A stretch of 64,000 nucleotides of DNA from an uncultured Bacillota bacterium. GTDB taxonomy: Bacteria; Bacillota_I; Bacilli_A; RFN20; CAG-288. The notes beneath the pieces were generated by a model. It did no database searches, was not told the origin of the DNA, and was given only the letters and a program-made list of their open reading frames with translations. Every line of letters begins with the position of its first letter. The stretch's first letter is position 1. Positions 62,276 to 64,000 of the stretch are shown here, piece by piece. The position numbers and the translations under genes are program-made. The stretch spans positions 15,592-79,591 of the forward strand of contig CASDOO010000033.1 in the NCBI GenBank assembly GCA_949282275.1. The letters run 5' to 3'.

Positions 62276-63691
62276 ATGAACCGCACTTTCAAGAACGAGA
62301 ATGGACATCTGATTGCAAATGTCAGTTTTGCTGGCGAGGAGATTTCCAAGGCGACAACAAAAGGCATTCGCAAGCTTTGCGAGGGCGTGACCGTCCCGGG
62401 ATTCCGCAAGGGCAAGGCCCCTGTCGAGGAAGCCCAGAAGAGGCTTCGCGGAAACGATGTCGCCCAAGCAACGATCGACGAGCTTCTCAAGCAGGTCGAC
62501 AATGCGTTCATGAAAGATGATGAGTTCTCTGCCTATGTCAAGGATTCCAAGATCCTTGGTTCCTTCCGTCCTTCCGTTTCCGTCGACAAGTTCTCCGATA
62601 CCGAAGTCGCCTTTACGATTCGCTATGTCCTTCGCCCTGTCTGCGACAAGCTTGGCGAATACAAGAACCTCAAGTCCTCTGTCACGGAAGCTGCCGTGAC
62701 GGATACGGATGTCGACAATTTCATTGCCGGCCTTGCCAAGGACAATGCCGAACTCGTTCCGACGGAAGAGGCGGCGAAGCTTGGCGATACGGCGAACATC
62801 GATTTTGTCGGCCTCATGAACGGAAAGGAATTCGAGGGCGGATCTGCCAAGGGATTTGATCTCGTTCTCGGAAGCAAGCATTTCGTTCCCGGCTTCGAAG
62901 AGCAGGTCGTTTCCCACAAGGCGGGCGAGAAGTTCGATATTTCCCTGAACATGCCCGACAACTATCCGGAGCCTTTGACGGGCAAGCCGGTCGTCTTCAA
63001 GGTGACTCTCAATAGCGTCAAGGTCAGCCAAGTTCCTGAGGTCAACGACGAATTCGCCACTACGCTGAGCGGCGAGTTCGCCAGCAAGGATCTTGCCGAA
63101 CTGAAGGAGAAGGTCCATAAGCATCTAGTCGATTCAAACCATCGCCGTTATCTCACCGCGCTTGTCAACGATCTTCTCAATCAGGTTCGTGACTCCTCCA
63201 CCTATGTTTTTGCCGATGAATACATCAACAACCTTGTTTCGCAGAGAAAGGCTGCCGAGGAAAAGCAGGTCAATTCCCAAGGCCTCACCCTTGCCGAATA
63301 CCTCAAGCTCATCAATAGGACGGAAGAGGATTACGAAAAGCAGCTTCGCGACGGCATCGTTGCCGAGCTCAAGGCCAGTCTTACCTATGATGCCCTCGCT
63401 TCTGCCGAGAAGATTCCTTCCCCTGCCCAAGCCGACCTTGAAAAGAGACTCGGTTCCCCTGTGAATGCCTTCATCAGCAACCTTACTTCCTATCTGAAAG
63501 CTCAGAAGCTTTCCGAACAGCAAATCCAGAATCAGATCAACAACTATCTTAACCAGGTTTTCATTTCCATCCTCAACGAAAGGGTCCAGACCCGCATCCT
63601 TGAACTCAACGGCTACAAAGTGACGACCGATGAGGAAAAGAAGGGCGACGAAAAAGTCGAAGAGAAGCAAACGGCTGAAGAAGGAAAGTAA
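62276..63691 (+). CDS. tig: Trigger factor
   Basis: 471 aa with the PGFRKGKAPV ribosome-binding signature, an FKBP-type PPIase core (GDTANIDFVGLMNGKEFEGG) and an acidic tail. Confidence 0.95.
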   Translation: MNRTFKNENGHLIANVSFAGEEISKATTKGIRKLCEGVTVPGFRKGKAPVEEAQKRLRGNDVAQATIDELLKQVDNAFMKDDEFSAYVKDSKILGSFRPSVSVDKFSDTEVAFTIRYVLRPVCDKLGEYKNLKSSVTEAAVTDTDVDNFIAGLAKDNAELVPTEEAAKLGDTANIDFVGLMNGKEFEGGSAKGFDLVLGSKHFVPGFEEQVVSHKAGEKFDISLNMPDNYPEPLTGKPVVFKVTLNSVKVSQVPEVNDEFATTLSGEFASKDLAELKEKVHKHLVDSNHRRYLTALVNDLLNQVRDSSTYVFADEYINNLVSQRKAAEEKQVNSQGLTLAEYLKLINRTEEDYEKQLRDGIVAELKASLTYDALASAEKIPSPAQADLEKRLGSPVNAFISNLTSYLKAQKLSEQQIQNQINNYLNQVFISILNERVQTRILELNGYKVTTDEEKKGDEKVEEKQTAEEGK

Positions 63692-63756
63692 TCGGGAAAC
63701 GTTAGTCTAGCAGTTGACGACTTAGTGTGCTAAAATTCAATCAGGAGGTTTTTCAG

Positions 63757-64000
63757 ATGGAAACCAATAAGACCCAAAGTTTACCTGTTCTTCCAAACCA
63801 CTTGGATGTGGCTTTTCCTGATATTCAGTTCACTATCCTTGCTTCCAACCCCTATGATGTTCATCTCTTTTCGCAATTGAAAGGCGGCGATGATTTTGTC
63901 ATGGCGCTTGCCAACGCCGACAATGTCTATGGCGATTTCCAGGACATCGTCCTTCCTGGCGTTCGCCAAGTCGGCACCATTTGCCGCATCCTTTCCGTCG
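63757..64000 (+). CDS. lon: Lon protease (or LON-domain protein), N-terminal part; 3' end lies outside the window
   Basis: AGGAGG lies 8 nt upstream of ATG 63757. METNKTQSLPVLPNHLDVAFPDIQFTILASNPYDVHLFSQL...VGTICRIL parallels the LON N-terminal substrate-binding domain (B. subtilis IPLLPLRGLLVYPTMVLHLDVGR...). Its position after tig is typical. Confidence 0.6.
   Translation, partial: METNKTQSLPVLPNHLDVAFPDIQFTILASNPYDVHLFSQLKGGDDFVMALANADNVYGDFQDIVLPGVRQVGTICRILSV

Noticed and set aside
59473-63124. 889- and 453-codon minus-strand ORFs
   Set aside because: They are antisense to glgP (PLP motif present) and tig (ribosome-binding signature present).

Overview
This is a 64-kb chromosomal segment that looks like a Bacillota (Firmicutes)-type genome. 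That assignment is an inference from the rimP-nusA-ylxR-ylxQ-infB-rbfA cluster, tig followed by a Lon-like gene, Gram-positive lipoboxes, AGGAGG-type Shine-Dalgarno sites and TGA used as a stop. I call about 54 protein genes, one tRNA-Arg(UCU), several rho-independent terminators and a few near-consensus sigma-70-type promoters. Genes are tightly packed, and many neighbours overlap by 1-26 nt (ATGA, GTGA, TGATG). Most content is housekeeping: alaS, ruvX, the nusA/infB operon, truB, ribF, rpsO, guaB, trxA, mscL, corA, ackA, glgB, glgP and tig, plus four ABC transporter systems. I found no CRISPR array, IS element, integrase or recognisable canonical defence system. The stretches most worth a second look are these. 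(1) A low-GC islet at 28.8-30.2 kb, where the 3' end of the RumA/RlmD-type methyltransferase gene is duplicated and two DUF3800-like copies are present, which looks like an integration scar. (2) A three-gene operon of an H-domain-only [FeFe]-hydrogenase homologue, an Mrp/NBP35 ATPase and a CBS-pair protein with a HEPN-like RNxxxH N-terminal domain. (3) A 1696-aa membrane-anchored orphan protein coupled to an RluA-family gene. (4) A lemA gene coupled to a 615-aa membrane protein. (5) Two tandem thioredoxin-like lipoproteins. The six-frame track also contains many very long antisense ORFs (up to 967 codons); I interpret these as codon-aligned shadows of the real genes. All homology calls come from motif recognition by eye. 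Coordinates come from the ORF track plus hand indexing. No database search or computation was run.
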